Assembly (NCBI GenBank): GCA_002269645.1 | Contig: NIVC01001095.1 | Coordinates: 186,001 to 250,000 of the forward strand | From: Macrostomum lignano | Taxonomy: Eukaryota | DNA: 64,000 nt | Direction of reading: 5' to 3' | In this document: positions 44,744 through 57,400 of the stretch, one piece after another | Layout of the letters: each line of letters opens with the position of its first letter | Numbering within the stretch: the first letter of the stretch is position 1 | The notes under the pieces: model-generated | The model's input: the letters and a program-made list of their open reading frames with translations, nothing else | Told to the model about the DNA's origin: nothing | Database searches by the model: none | Position numbers and translations under genes: made by a program

Positions 44744-46280
44744 GTTTCTATAAATTCACAGTATCTTGCGTAATAAATAGACAATTTTGTTAAACATTTA
44801 ATGAACGATTTCTGAATGTCTGTCTGAATGTCTGTCGGGAAACCAATACATTTTGATAAGACACGTTTTGATAAGCAACATGCCGCGACTGCACTGCAAG
44901 TAACAGAGGCTACGGCAATGAATTTGATGAATTTCTTCTTTCGATGAAAGAAAGAAAGAAAAAAGTTTTTGAAAGTTATAACACAGTTAGTTGTTATACT
45001 ATAAGTTAACTATGTAAAAAATAAAAATTTGGTTGTCAAAATAAGTCATTTTGTTTTATAATATAATTTTTAGCTAAAAACTAAATATTATTATTATTTA
45101 CAGCGACATGATTTGGTTTCTTCATTTTTATGCATTTTAAATAATTAATGCTTTTATATACCGTGCATGCTACAGCGTAAAGTATGTAACTTGTAGTTAC
45201 ACAATATTAAGTTTATAAACTTCTACAGTTCTACTGTAGTACATGTAACGAGAAGCAATAAACTTTCTGAAATATATAATCTTACTATATGTGCCCTAAT
45301 CCTATTCAACAAAACTTGCTTTGCTTCACTGAGTACTGAGTAGCTGAGTAGCTATAATTTACAGGGGCGGCCCCAAAAATAGCTTGATAAAACATATTGC
45401 GACCCACTAAAACCTAAGTTTGCACACTTTAAGACTTTAAGCTTGATTTTTCGCCCCCCCCCTCCTACACGCATTTTTGCACCCTAGCTTAAAAATTGGC
45501 GCCCCTCATACTTATGTTGGCGCCCCAAACTATGACCGCCTTTCCCCAATTGAAATTCTAGATCCGCGTGTTCCGCCACTGGCTAGAATGACGAAGTGCA
45601 AAGGGCCTAACTCAGCTCATTAAGTACAGTTTATTTAGATTTATTTTAATCATTTTCAACCGCTATGGAAACGTTATAAAGACATTTTTATTTACAGTCT
45701 GTTAAACAGGTTTGATGTGTTGAAATGTACAACTGTTAGCTTTTTTCAGCTCTATACAAAATTCGCTTTATTTAGTTAGTACTTTTTATAATTTTTATGT
45801 ACATGTTTCACTTTGCAATAACTCAATTCAAAATTCAAAAATTCAATTCAATTCTAAAATTTTTTTTAAAAATCGCACGAAGGGCTATTGCAGTTCCAAA
45901 GTTAATTTTGTAAGCCATAAAATTTAAACTATACAATAGTTATATCACAGATTTTGGTGCAATTGTCCTTGTTGTCTGATATGAATTAAAAATGGAAAGA
46001 AGCAAAGTCGTGTAAGTTGAAATTAAAGTGTGCAAGGTTAAAAGAGTTTGAAAGGAGCATTAAGTGAGTGAAAATTTGATTCCTTATTTCTTTATGGGGT
46101 TTAAAATTTTATATTGTTATCATAGCTAGATTTCTCAAAAATTTGGAAATATAACTTATTGAAATACGAGTACTTTGTACTTTCAAAATAAAAAGAAACT
46201 CTTTAATGAGATATTCACTGCCCTCTGTCTGGCATGTTTTTATTCTTCAGTTATAAATTTTTCGACAGGCTGGCCTAGCT

Positions 46281-47725
46281 ATGAGTGGTGATCAGAAACC
46301 GCTGACTGGTGCCACAGCAACTGGCGCCACCCCGGTAGGCGCCACAACTCGCGGCGGCAGTGGCCTCACGCTGCGCTCAAAAGACGACGCGAGATCGTTG
46401 GCTGTTCTGGAGGTTCTGCTTTATTTTAATAAGTAAGAATCTTTAGTCTTAGTTAAATATTTGTGTTGATTTTCATACCGTCCAGTGTAGAACGTAAGAA
46501 GCCTTTGTCTAACAAGAGACACCCCTGCCTAACAAGAGATACCCCTGTCTAACAAGAGACACTCCTGTCTAACAAGAGACACCGCTGTCTAACAAGAGAC
46601 ACCACTGTCTAACAAGAGACACCGCTGTCTAACAAGAGACACCCCTGTCTAACAAGAGACACCCTTGTCTAACAAGAGACACCCCTGTTTAAAAAGAGAC
46701 ACCCCTATCCAACAAGAGATACCCCTGTCTAACAAGAGACACCCTTGTCTAACAAGAGACACCCCTGTCTAACAAGAGACACCCCTGTCTAACAAGAGAC
46801 ACCCCTGTCTAACAAGAGACACCGCTGTCTAACAAGAGACACCCCTGTCTAACAAGAGATACCCCTGTCTAACAAGAGACACTCCTGTCTAACAAGAGAC
46901 ACCGCTGTCTAACAAGAGACACCCCTATCTAACAAGAAACAGTCTTGTCTAACAAGAGACACCACTGTCTAACAAGAGACACCGCTGTCTAACAAGAGAC
47001 ACCCTCGTCTAACAAGAGACACCCCTGTCTAACAAGAGACACCCTTGTCTAACAAGAGACACCCCTGTTTAAAAAGAGACACCCCTATCCAACAAGAGAT
47101 ACCCCTGTCTAACAAGAGACACCCTTGTCTAACAAGAGACACCCCTGTCTAACAAGAGACACCCCTGTCTAACAAGAGACACCGCTGTCTAACAAGAGAC
47201 ACCCCTGTCTAACAAGAGACACCCCTGTCTAACAAGAGACACCGCTGTCTAACAAGAGACACCCCTGTCTAACAAGAGACACCCCTGTCTAACAAGAGAC
47301 ACCCCTGTCTAACAAGAGACACCCTAATTTAACAACGAACTTATCTTAAAACTTGCGCAAACATGCTCCAACCCAGGTTCTACATCGCACTTTTCTGGCT
47401 GTGCCAAATCCTGATGTTCATCTACAAAGGCGAAAATCTGCCCTATGCAACCGGCATTCTGGCTGGCGAAGTCATACTGCAGTTCGCCCTAACCGCAGTG
47501 GACTTATTGAGAGTCTACCTGTTCAGCTACGGAAATTTGGCCGGCAGCCGGGTAGCCGCGATTCTCGGCATCATTCTCACTTTTCTGGCCATTCTCGGTG
47601 TCATTTACCTGCTCCTGTTTCAGACTTACACGCTAAGGCCGGAGTTGATCACCTGCAGTTTAGCGTTGGTCTTCTATCTATTGGGCGTCATTCTGGCTAT
47701 TGGAGCGTTGATCTACATGACCTGA
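46281..47725 (+). CDS. TMEM216: TMEM216/TMEM80-like ciliary transition-zone membrane protein, 2 exons (46281-46432, 47377-47725), 166 aa
   Basis: LEVLLYFN, FIYKGENLPY, GNL and LLFQTYTLRPE match the TMEM216 family (LEILFFLN, FLYKG..LPY, LLLQTYVLRLE). Phase-2 GTAAG..ccAG intron. Family-level call; could be TMEM80. Confidence 0.85.
46503..47324. repeat. 20-bp minisatellite (acacccctgtctaacaagag), ~41 copies, fills the intron
   Basis: Read directly. Confidence 0.97.
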
Positions 47726-47779
47726 TGGGGCTTTGTTTATTTAGAGACAGCTGGATCTGTTGACACTGGTTCCTAAGCA

Positions 47780-47975
<196 letters not shown>

Positions 47976-48367
47976 AGATAGTAACCAGCCCGTTCCTCAG
48001 TCCCTCCATGTATCTATTCATTTTGCTATCGTCTGGCACGATAAATTTATTAGTTATGATTTCGTTATTTAAAACTTTAGTGCTACTGCCCTCTGTAACG
48101 TTAGGAACTAGAGCTGTAACTAAACTTGATAGGAACATTAAGGAACAGTTTAGTCCCAGAGTAATAAATGCTTCAGCATTGTATAATTCGTCAGTAGTTA
48201 CACGTAGAGAGCTCTAAGAGATTACTTTACTTTCTTAGAGCCCTTAGAGATGCCTTCGGTTGTGATATTGTAAATGCTGCATAGATCATAATTTTTAGTA
48301 TATGGATTGATTTTGTGATGATTATAAGAGCGGATATTATGTACCAGCGCTTACTTATTTTTCAGAC

Positions 48368-48640
48368 AACTCTAGGTCAGCCCTTTTTATGTTACGTCAG
48401 TTTAGGTCAACTGCAGTCCTTCTAGGTCAGCCTCAGTAGTTTTAGATCAGCTCCATTTAGTTTAGCTGAGCTCCAAGTCACTCTAGGTCAGCTCCAAGTC
48501 ACTCTAGGTCAGCTCCTGTCACTCTAGGTCAGCTCCAGTCACTCTAGGTCAGTTCCATTCAGTCTAGGTCAACTCCTGTCACTCTAGGTCAGCTCCAACA
48601 ACTCTAGGTCAGCTCCAGCAATTCTTAGGTCAGCTCCAGT
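48368..48640. repeat. Degenerate 20-21-bp repeat (cagctccagtcactctaggt)
   Basis: Read directly. Confidence 0.85.
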
Positions 48641-48698
48641 TTATGTTGGATAAGTTAATAAACAGTATTAATAACATTTATTTCCGCAGCTCTGAACA

Positions 48699-49136
48699 AT
48701 GACCCTGAAAGTGGTGACCCGCGGCAAGAGCCGCCTTGTGAAAAGTGTCCAGTTAGCCCAGCGAGCGATATTCCTGAACGCCTACTACCTGGCCTTCTTC
48801 ATGGTGATCGAAGTTGGCCTGTTCGTGTGGAAAGGCGAAAATCTGCCATTTGTAACCGGCATCCTACCTCAAGAAGTTTGCCTACTATTTATATTAGCAT
48901 TCATGGAGATATTCAGACTGCGGATTGCCAATCTTGGCAACATACTCGAGGCCAAGGGTGCGGCAATCTCCGTTATAGTCTACAGCCTGTTTAGCGGCGT
49001 TGGGATTGCCTTCTTTGCTGTCTGGCAGACCTACGTTCTCCGCTTGGAGTTCATTCTCTGTATCGTCTATCTGGTCTTCCTGTTATTGGAATTGGTGTTA
49101 TTTATTGTCGGCGTTGTCGTCTATCAGCCGCAATAA
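48699..49136 (+). CDS. TMEM216: Second TMEM216/TMEM80-like paralog, single coding exon, 145 aa
   Basis: FLNAYY, FVWKGENLPF, LGN, WQTYVLRLE; four hydrophobic segments. Family-level call. Confidence 0.85.
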   Translation: MTLKVVTRGKSRLVKSVQLAQRAIFLNAYYLAFFMVIEVGLFVWKGENLPFVTGILPQEVCLLFILAFMEIFRLRIANLGNILEAKGAAISVIVYSLFSGVGIAFFAVWQTYVLRLEFILCIVYLVFLLLELVLFIVGVVVYQPQ

Positions 49137-49964
49137 ACTAATTAATAATTTAATCTAACCGTCCAAGACTTCCTATGTACATTCCCGTTATCAAATGTAC
49201 AGTAACGGTCCGACCAGAGACAGAAACCTACGTGCATGTAGCACTGGTCTATATGGGTACACGGTGAACTGGGCTGGACCTAGTTCGGGAAGCCTCGGCA
49301 GTCTGCAGTCTAAAAATAGAATACCTCCGGGTTTTCCTTCTAGAATTCTGATTATAGATTATTCTAGAATAAATTTGAATCCCATTTCCTCTTGCCCAAC
49401 GGCAGCGTCCTAAGAGGCCTCCAGAAAAACCTCAATCCTGTGCCCGGACTGACTAATTTTGTCCAGCGTGGGTCCACCCGACTAGATGGGTAATTTTCCA
49501 TTTTTCCTTTAGTGGAATCCCTATCTAGTCTAGCTAGGTTGCTGGGTAAATCTCTGTTTCTTTCGTCACTGAAACTTCCAATGTACATTCTGGCTAAAAA
49601 TAGAACGACATGTACGTTTAGAACGCTTCAGGGGACGAAATTATATGTACATTTGTTTTATTTTAATTGTTCCCTCCATCCGTCCCAGCTAGGAGGCCCA
49701 TCCAAGCTAATCTGTAATATTTATCTATCGTTACAACAAAGTTCAACGTAAACTATAACTTTTATTAGCATATATTAGCATATATGAAATATGAGAGTTT
49801 CTTTGTAAATTATATTTGTTACAAAGACACAAACGGCTGCTGGTTTGGCTGTGTTGTAGCGATTTTGTATTGGATTTCCTCATATTAATGTACTACATAT
49901 TTGGTTGTTCCAATGAAATACAAGATAAAATAGTTTTTTGTTGACAAAACAGCACTGCTTAAAC

Positions 49965-50388
49965 TATAGTATTTGTCATGCTGTCTCGGCCTGGAGACAT
50001 CCAAACTCAGCCAGTCCCATTCCGCAATGCGTTTTTTTTGGCTCGAGCTAGTCGACTTTTACCATAGACATGCTTCTTAGGGCCATGCTATCTCAGCCTG
50101 GGACATGCAATCTCAGCCAATATAGATTTCAATTGCAAACAGATCTCAATGCTATCATTTCTATAACGTGACATGAAATGGCAACAAACAGCAATGAATG
50201 AACGCAGCAAGAAAAGTCAGTAAGGGTACGCAACAACGCTGAGATTGCATGTCCCAGGCTGAGATGGCATGGCCTTAAGAGGCATGTCTATGGTAAAACT
50301 TGACTGGCTTACGTAAAAAATCGCACTGTCGGGATGGGCTGGCTGAGTTTGGATGTCTCTGGGCTGGGATGGCATGACAAATACTATA
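49965..50388. mobile_element. MITE with ~180-bp imperfect TIRs, probable TA TSD
   Basis: tatagtatttgtcatg...catgacaaatactata. The inner arms (ctcagcctgggacatgcaatctcagc / gctgagattgcatgtcccaggctgag) are reverse complements. Confidence 0.8.
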
Positions 50389-50977
50389 CTTGTACACCGG
50401 AACTGAACTTTGCAACTATTTATTTGTTAATTCATATTGTTAAGCTAAAAAATCGCGAAACTAAGGTTTCTATTGCAAGTAGGTAAGCTCAGACATTGTA
50501 GGAAGAAGGAAAGTATTGATTATAATAATCAATTAGGTTCAGGTCTTGAACTGGAGTTCTCAATCTTACTGTAACAGCCAGCGTAAGTGAATTATTGATT
50601 CCAAGCGACCCAGCATCAAACTAGTGAGCAGTTGCTTCTCATCTCAAAATTATTCTTCGACTCACTAATCTTCTCGGAGCCTGGATCTTGGAGAATTAAA
50701 TGAGCTAAGGGGAAATTGGAGCCTAAAAAGAAATTGCCATCATTTAAACTTTTAAAGTAGGAGTCACGCGCCTCCTTTATGCGGCCAAGCTCAAAGCTGC
50801 TACAGTCTTATATGCGCTTTTTTCTGTTTCTAGGAGGATCTTTGGAACTTTCAAATATAATCGATGCAATAAAAGTTTTGCAAAAAATATGCATTGCCAT
50901 TTTTTCTGACTATGCAGAGTTTCACACATGGAATATGGAGTGGTAGCTTTGTCTCTGCGCGTGTTATAGTGGATGTA

Positions 50978-51410
50978 TTAGGGTGAACCAAAAGTTCGTG
51001 CGTTTTTCTGACTTAAAATAGACAGAATAGGTCGGTAGGTCGACCAGAACGTGGCCGAACTTCGAGGCTCGTGTCGCCACTCGAAAAGCGCTGGTACCAC
51101 TTCTGTGCTGTTCTGTCCTGAAGGGCATCCTGCCCTTCAGTTTCGCGAATCTTTTGAGCTGCGTCCGTTGCTGTGAAGCCGAGCTTCCAGTAATGTCGCA
51201 GAATAGCGAGATTATCGCGACTGGTAGCACTCATTTCAGTAGAGCTGACAGTGGCTGGAAATATTTACCAGAATTAAAACATGCGTGGTTTGGTTCGGCA
51301 AAATATGCTCTTTCGAATGAGACGTCACTTGATTATGTATGTTGTTCATGAGAGAAATAATAAGCGCCTAAAAATGTGCATACAAAAAGCGCACGGACTT
51401 TGGTCACCAG
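50978..51410 (-). mobile_element. Internally deleted mariner element retaining the transposase N-terminal HTH
   Basis: ORF 51234..51013 (..GFTATDAAQKIRETEG..RTAQKWYQRFSSGDTSLEVRPRSGRP) matches the mariner HTH. Diverged ~28-bp TIRs with flanking TA. Confidence 0.85.
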
Positions 51411-51506
51411 TACGAGATGTAAATATAGTATGTAGAACATGTCTTGTACCAGAGCATGAGCTACGTGTATATAGTGAGCTCTGCACCAGCTACGAGATGT
51501 ACTGCA

Positions 51507-52146
51507 GCCTGCGACCTGTCACTACAGCATCTCCACCCCCCTGTCACTACAGCATCTCCGCCCCTCTCACTACATCAGCATCTCCGCCCCTGTCACTACA
51601 GCATCTCCGCCCCTGTCTACAGCATCTCCGCCCCTGTCACTACAGCATCTCCGCCCCTGTCACTACAGCATCTCCGCCCCTGTCTACAGCATCTCCGCCC
51701 CTGTCACTACAGCATCTCCGCCCCTGTCTACAGCATCTCCGCCCCTGTCACTACAGCATCTCCGCCCCTGTCACTACAGCATCTCCGCCCCTGTCACTAC
51801 AGCATCTCCGCCCCTGTCTACAGCATCTCTGCCCCTGTCACTACAGCATCTCCGCCCCTGTCACTACAGCATCTCCACCCCTGTCACTACAGCATCTCCA
51901 CCCCTTTCACTACAGCATCTCCGCCCCTGTCACTACAGCATCACCACTCCTGTCACTACAGCATCTCCGCCCCTGTCACTACAGCATCACCACTCCTGTC
52001 ACTACAGCATCACCACTCTGTCACTACAGCATCACCACTCTGTCACTACAGCATCTCCGCCCCTGTCACTACAGCATCTCCACTCCTGTCACTACAGCAT
52101 CTCCACCCCTGTCACTACAGCATCTCCACCCCTGTCACTACAGCAT
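51507..52146. repeat. 23-bp minisatellite (cactacagcatctccgcccctgt) with 20-bp variants
   Basis: Read directly. Confidence 0.95.
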
Positions 52147-52795
52147 GTCCAATCAAACTTCCACTCAAAAATGCAAAATTCCTGGATTCCCTTCCAAGAA
52201 TTTAGTTGCTGGGCAAGTGAGCAAGCGTATCCAGCCCAAATATATGATTGGACTATAACAGTACCTGCAGTACTTGTACGGACACGGTGCCAGTTCGGAG
52301 GGCGATAATTCAATAATCGATAGAGCAACCAAGCGAATGAACAAATCATTAACAAAACTTCTATAGTAATCATATACTAGTAACTATGCTATTGGTATGA
52401 CACTGACAATAGCCAAATTAAGCGCTAATATTACACAGCAAATGAGTAACTAACCAGCTCAGTCAGTAATTGGACAGCTGTATGGAAATTATTATATGAG
52501 ATGAGATGGTAGATTTATATATAGAGAGCAATGTAAAATTAGACACACGTTTCGAGGGGTGAGAGATTCGCCTAGCAACACCCCGCAGTCTCCTGCATCA
52601 TATCTTTTTTCGCTAATTATTCCCAGAAACAGCAAAGGGATGCTAGAAAGCATATGATACATGCAGTAAGGTTTCGCCTTCCCCAATAGTCGGCTGAGCT
52701 CTAATCTCTGGCACGAGGAGGCTAAGGAACTTAAAAATGATCATCTAGATTAGTAGAGCAGCTCTTTTTCAAGCTGATACGGCTGACGCAAGGGG

Positions 52796-52921
52796 CTAGG
52801 GTTAGGGTTAGGGTTAGAGTAGGGTTATAGGGTTAGGGTTAGGGTTAGGGTTAGGGTTATAGGGTTAGGGTAGTGTTATAGGGTTTGGTTGAGGGTTAGG
52901 GTTAGGTTAGGCTAGGGTTAG
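52796..52921 (+). repeat. Degenerate interstitial telomeric (TTAGGG)n tract
   Basis: About 20 hexamers with variants (TTATAGGG, TTAGAG, CTAGGG). Confidence 0.92.
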
Positions 52922-53136
52922 AAAGTAGACAGATTTTTTAAGATTTCAAGGCTTATGGGGGCATCGCTGAGATGTCAAGGGGGGAGTTGATATTTTAAGG
53001 CTTGTGGGGGAATTGCTGACATGTCAAGGCTTACAAGGGACTGCTGGGGTAAAATGCAAAGAGACGCTACATGTAGTTTATTAAAACAACTTGTACTGCA
53101 TTTTTTAGGCTCCCCAACGGGGGGCGCTGATTGCTA

Positions 53137-53810
53137 TCAGTGCCTAAATCTCACCTGAGCCACCTAATCAGTGCCTAAATCTCACCTGAGCCACCTAATC
53201 AGTGCCTAAATCTCACCTGAGCCACCTAATCAGTGCCTAAATCAGTGCCTAAATCTCACCTGGGTCGCCTAATCAGTGCCTAAATCTCACCTGGGTCGCC
53301 TAATCAGTGCCTAAATCTCACCTGGGTCGCCTAATCAGTGCCTAAATCTCACCTGGGTCGCCTAATCAGTGCCTAAATCTCACCTGGGCCACCTAATCAG
53401 TGCCTAAATCTCACCTGGGTCGCCTAATCAGTGCCTAAATCTCACCTGAGCCACCTAATCAGTGCCTAAATCTCACCCAGGCCACCCAGTTAGTTCCTAA
53501 ATCTCACCTGGGCCACCTAATCAGTGCCTAAGTCTCACCTGGGCCACCTAATCAGTGCCTAAATCAGTGCCTAAATCTCACCTGGGTCACCTAATCAGTG
53601 CCTAAATCTCACCTGGGTCACCTAATCAGTGCCTAAATCTCACCTGAGCCACCTAATCAGTGCCTAAATCAGTGCCTAAATCTCACCTGGGTCGCCTAAT
53701 CAGTGCCTAAATCTCACCTGGGTCGCCTAATCAGTGCCTAAATCTCACCTGGGTCGCCTAATCAGTGCCTAAATCTCACCTGGGCCACCTAATTAGTGCC
53801 TAAATCTCAC
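53137..53810. repeat. 31-bp minisatellite (tcagtgcctaaatctcacctgggtcgcctaa)
   Basis: Read directly. Confidence 0.95.
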
Positions 53811-54454
53811 ATGGGGACTTCAAGCTAAATAGTTTCTAGAATCTATGTTACCTCAAGCAGAAAATCTTAGAAAAAACCTAAAAAAACTGAAAACCCAGGT
53901 TTTCACACTTGCATCCGCCTCATTGCGCGTTTTGAAAAACGAGTGCCCTGCTGATGAGCAAAGTTATAGAATCACAGCTCGATGATGGAGGAAAATAACT
54001 CGAGAGATTTGCTGAGGAAACTCTCCAACCCCGTCGCTACCTTCTTCCATGAAATTAATTATCCGGCTTTGCATGGAGGTGAAGCTGGAGGGACACTCGC
54101 CTTCATCAGAAAGTTCGAACGTTGCAATCCATAACATACGAGTTCGATAGCTTCTATAGATTTACAATTTTTTTCCCAGAGAAAAAATCATCACCTCTCG
54201 CGCTTATACTATTCCAGTGCTTTAGTTGGGGTGAATTATGACTGTGAATGGATCCGGGCCGCCGCTAATGGCTTGGGCAGGCCCTACATTTCTGAGATAC
54301 CCTATTAATCAATATGCTCACCTATCCGTTCCCGGGAATCATCTTCAATGGCTGGCTTGGCTGAGCCAGGATACAGGAATCGTGCCAAAAACCATCACCA
54401 CCCACTTTCTAGGAAATGCAATCTTTTCCGAGAATCGTCCTTATTCCAATCATC

Positions 54455-57400
54455 ACGCTTATTCCAATCATCACGCTTATTCCAAGAATTGCCATCATTC
54501 CAAGAATCGCATCATTCTAAGAATCGCATCATTCTAAGAATCGCCATCATTCCAAGAATTGCCATCATTCGAAAAATCGCCATCATTCCAAGAATTGCCA
54601 TCATTCCAAGAATTGCCATCATTCCAAGAATCGCATCATTTCAAGAATCGCCATCATTCCAAGAATTGCCATCATTCCAAGAATCGCTATCATTCCAAGA
54701 ATCGCCATCATTCCAAGAATCGCCATCATTCCAAGAATCGCCATCATTCCAAGAATCGCCATCATTCCAAGAATCGCCATCATTCCAAGAATCGCCATCA
54801 TTCCAAGAATCGCTATCGTTCCAAGAATCGCTATCATGCCAAGAATCGCCATCATGCCAAGAATCGCCATCATTTCAAGAATCACCATCATTTCAAGAAT
54901 CGCCATCATTTCAAGAATCGCCATCACTTCAAGAATCGCCATCATTTCAAGAATCGCCATCATTTCAAGAATTTCCATCATTCCAAGAATTGCCATCATT
55001 CCAAGAATCGCAATCATTTCAAGAATCGCCATCATTCCAAGAATCGCTATCATTCCAAAAATCGCCATCATTCCAAGAATCGCCATCATTCCAAGAATCG
55101 CTATCATTCCAAGAATCGCCATAATTCCAAGAATCGCCATCATTCCAAGAATCGCCATCATTCCAAGAATCGCCATCATTCCAAGAATCGCTATCATTCC
55201 AAGAATCGCCATCATTCCAAGAATTGCCTTCATTCTAAGAATCGCCATCATTCCAAGAATCGCCATCATTCCAAGAATCGCCATCATTCCAAGAATCGCC
55301 ATCATTCCAAGAATCGCCATCATTCCAAGAATCGCCATCATTCCAAGAATCGCCATCATTCCAAGAATCGCTATCATTCCAATAATCGCCATCATTCCAA
55401 GAATTGCCATCATTCCAAGAATCGCATCATTTCAAGAATCGCCATCATTCCAAGAATTGCCATCATTCCAAGAATCGCCATCATACCAAGAATCGCCATC
55501 ATTCCAAGAATCGCTATCGTTCCAAGAATCGCTATCATTCCAAGAAGCGCCATCATTCCAAGAATCGCCATCATACCAAGAATCGCCATCATTCCAAGAA
55601 TCGCTATCGTTCCAAGAATCGCTATCATGCCAAGAATCGCCATCATGCCAAGAATCGCCATCATTTCAAGAATCACCATCATTTCAAGAATCGCCATCAT
55701 TTCAAGAATCGCCATCACTTCAAGAATCGCCATCATTTCAAGAATCGCCATCATTTCAAGAATTTCCATCATTCCAAGAATTGCCATCATTCCAAGAATC
55801 GCCATCATTTCAAGAATCGCTATCATTCCAAAAATCGCCATCATTCCAAGAATCGCCATCATTCCAAGAATCGCTATCATTCCAAGAATCGCCATAATTC
55901 CAAGAATCGCCATCATTCCAAGAATCGCCATCATTCCAAGAATCGCCATCATTCCAAGAATCGCCATCATTCCAAGAATTGCCTTCATTCTAAGAATCGC
56001 CATCATTCCAAGAATCGCCATCATTTCAAGAATCGCCATCATTCCAAGAATCGCTATCATTCCAAGAATCGCCATCATTCCAAGAATCGCCATCATTCCA
56101 AGAATCGCCATCATTCCAAGAATCGCCATCATTCCAAGAATCGCCATCATTCCAAGAATCGCCATCATTCCAAGAATCGCCATCATTCCAAGAATCGCCA
56201 TCATTCCAAGAATCGCCATCATTCCAAGAATCGCCATCATTCCAATAATCGCCATCATTCCAAGAATCGCCATCATTCCAAGAATCGCCATCATTCCAAG
56301 AATCGCCATCATTCCAAGAATCGCCATCATTCCAAGAATCGCCATCATTCCAAGAATCGCCATCATTCCAAGAATCGCCATCATTCCAAGAATCGCCATC
56401 ATTCCAAGAATCGCCATCATTCCAAGAATCGCCATCATTCCAAGAATCGCCATCATTCCAAGAATCGCCATCATTCCAAGAATCGCCATCATTCCAAGAA
56501 TCGCCATCATTCCAAGAATCGCCATCATTCCAAGAATCGCCATCATTCCAAGAATCGCCATCATTCCAAGAATCGCCATCATTCCAAGAATCGCCATCAT
56601 TCCAAGAATCGCCATCATTCCAAGAATCGCCATCATTCCAAGAATCGCCATCATTCCAAGAATCGCCATCATTCCAAGAATCGCTATCATTCCAAGAATC
56701 GCCATCATTCCAAGAATTGCCTTCATTCTAAGAATCGCCATCATTCCAAGAATCGCCATCATTTCAAGAATCGCCATCATTCCAAGAATCGCTATCATTC
56801 CAAGAAGCGCCATCATTCCAAGAATCGCCATCATTCCAAGAATCGCCATCATTCCAAGAATCGCTATCGTTCCAAGAATCGCTATCATGCCAAGAATCGC
56901 CATCATGCCAAGAATCGCCATCATTTCAAGAATCACCATCGTTTCAAGAATCGCCATCATTTCAAGAATCGCCATCACTTCAAGAATCGCCATCATTTCA
57001 AGAATCGCCATCATTTCAAGAATTTCCATCATTCCAAGAATTGCCATCATTCCAAGAATCGCAATCATTTCAAGAATCGCCATCATTTCAAGAATCGCTA
57101 TCATTCCAAAAATCGCCATCATTCCAAGAATCGCCATCATTCCAAGAATCGCTATCATTCCAAGAATCGCCATAATTCCAAGAATCGCCATCATTCCAAG
57201 AATCGCCATCATTCCAAGAATCGCCATCATTCCAAGAATCGCTATCATTCCAAGAATCGCCATCATTCCAAGAATTGCCTTCATTCTAAGAATCGCCATC
57301 ATTCCAAGAATCGCCATCATTTCAAGAATCGCCATCATTCCAAGAATCGCCATCATTTCAAGAATCGCCATCACTTCAAGAATCGCCATCATTTCAAGAA

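Larger units (their letters stand above)
25267..44851. mobile_element. Foldback/Mutator-like non-autonomous DNA element with long subrepeat-built TIRs (~3.6 kb once two nested retroelements are removed)
   Basis: The left end (a)tgtattggtttcccgacagacattcag.. is the reverse complement of the right end ..ctgaatgtctgtcgggaaaccaataca(t). After ~110 bp of unique terminus come 186-bp subrepeats (4.4 copies left, 3 right). The flanks share tttgataag (9 bp; ttttgataaga, 11 bp, if the ends are TGT..ACA). No transposase ORF is seen. Confidence 0.85.

Noticed and set aside
25267-44851. Ginger-type assignment from TGT..ACA termini
   Set aside because: Ginger makes 4-bp TSDs; the 4-mers flanking TGT/ACA (aaga, tttt) differ, and no integrase is present.
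45362-45581. Possible MITE (caggggcgg...ccgccactg)
   Set aside because: Only ~9-bp imperfect termini and no flanking TSD.
52796-53810. Telomere-telomere fusion site
   Set aside because: No inverted CCCTAA hexamer array; the neighbouring repeat has only CCTAA pentamers.
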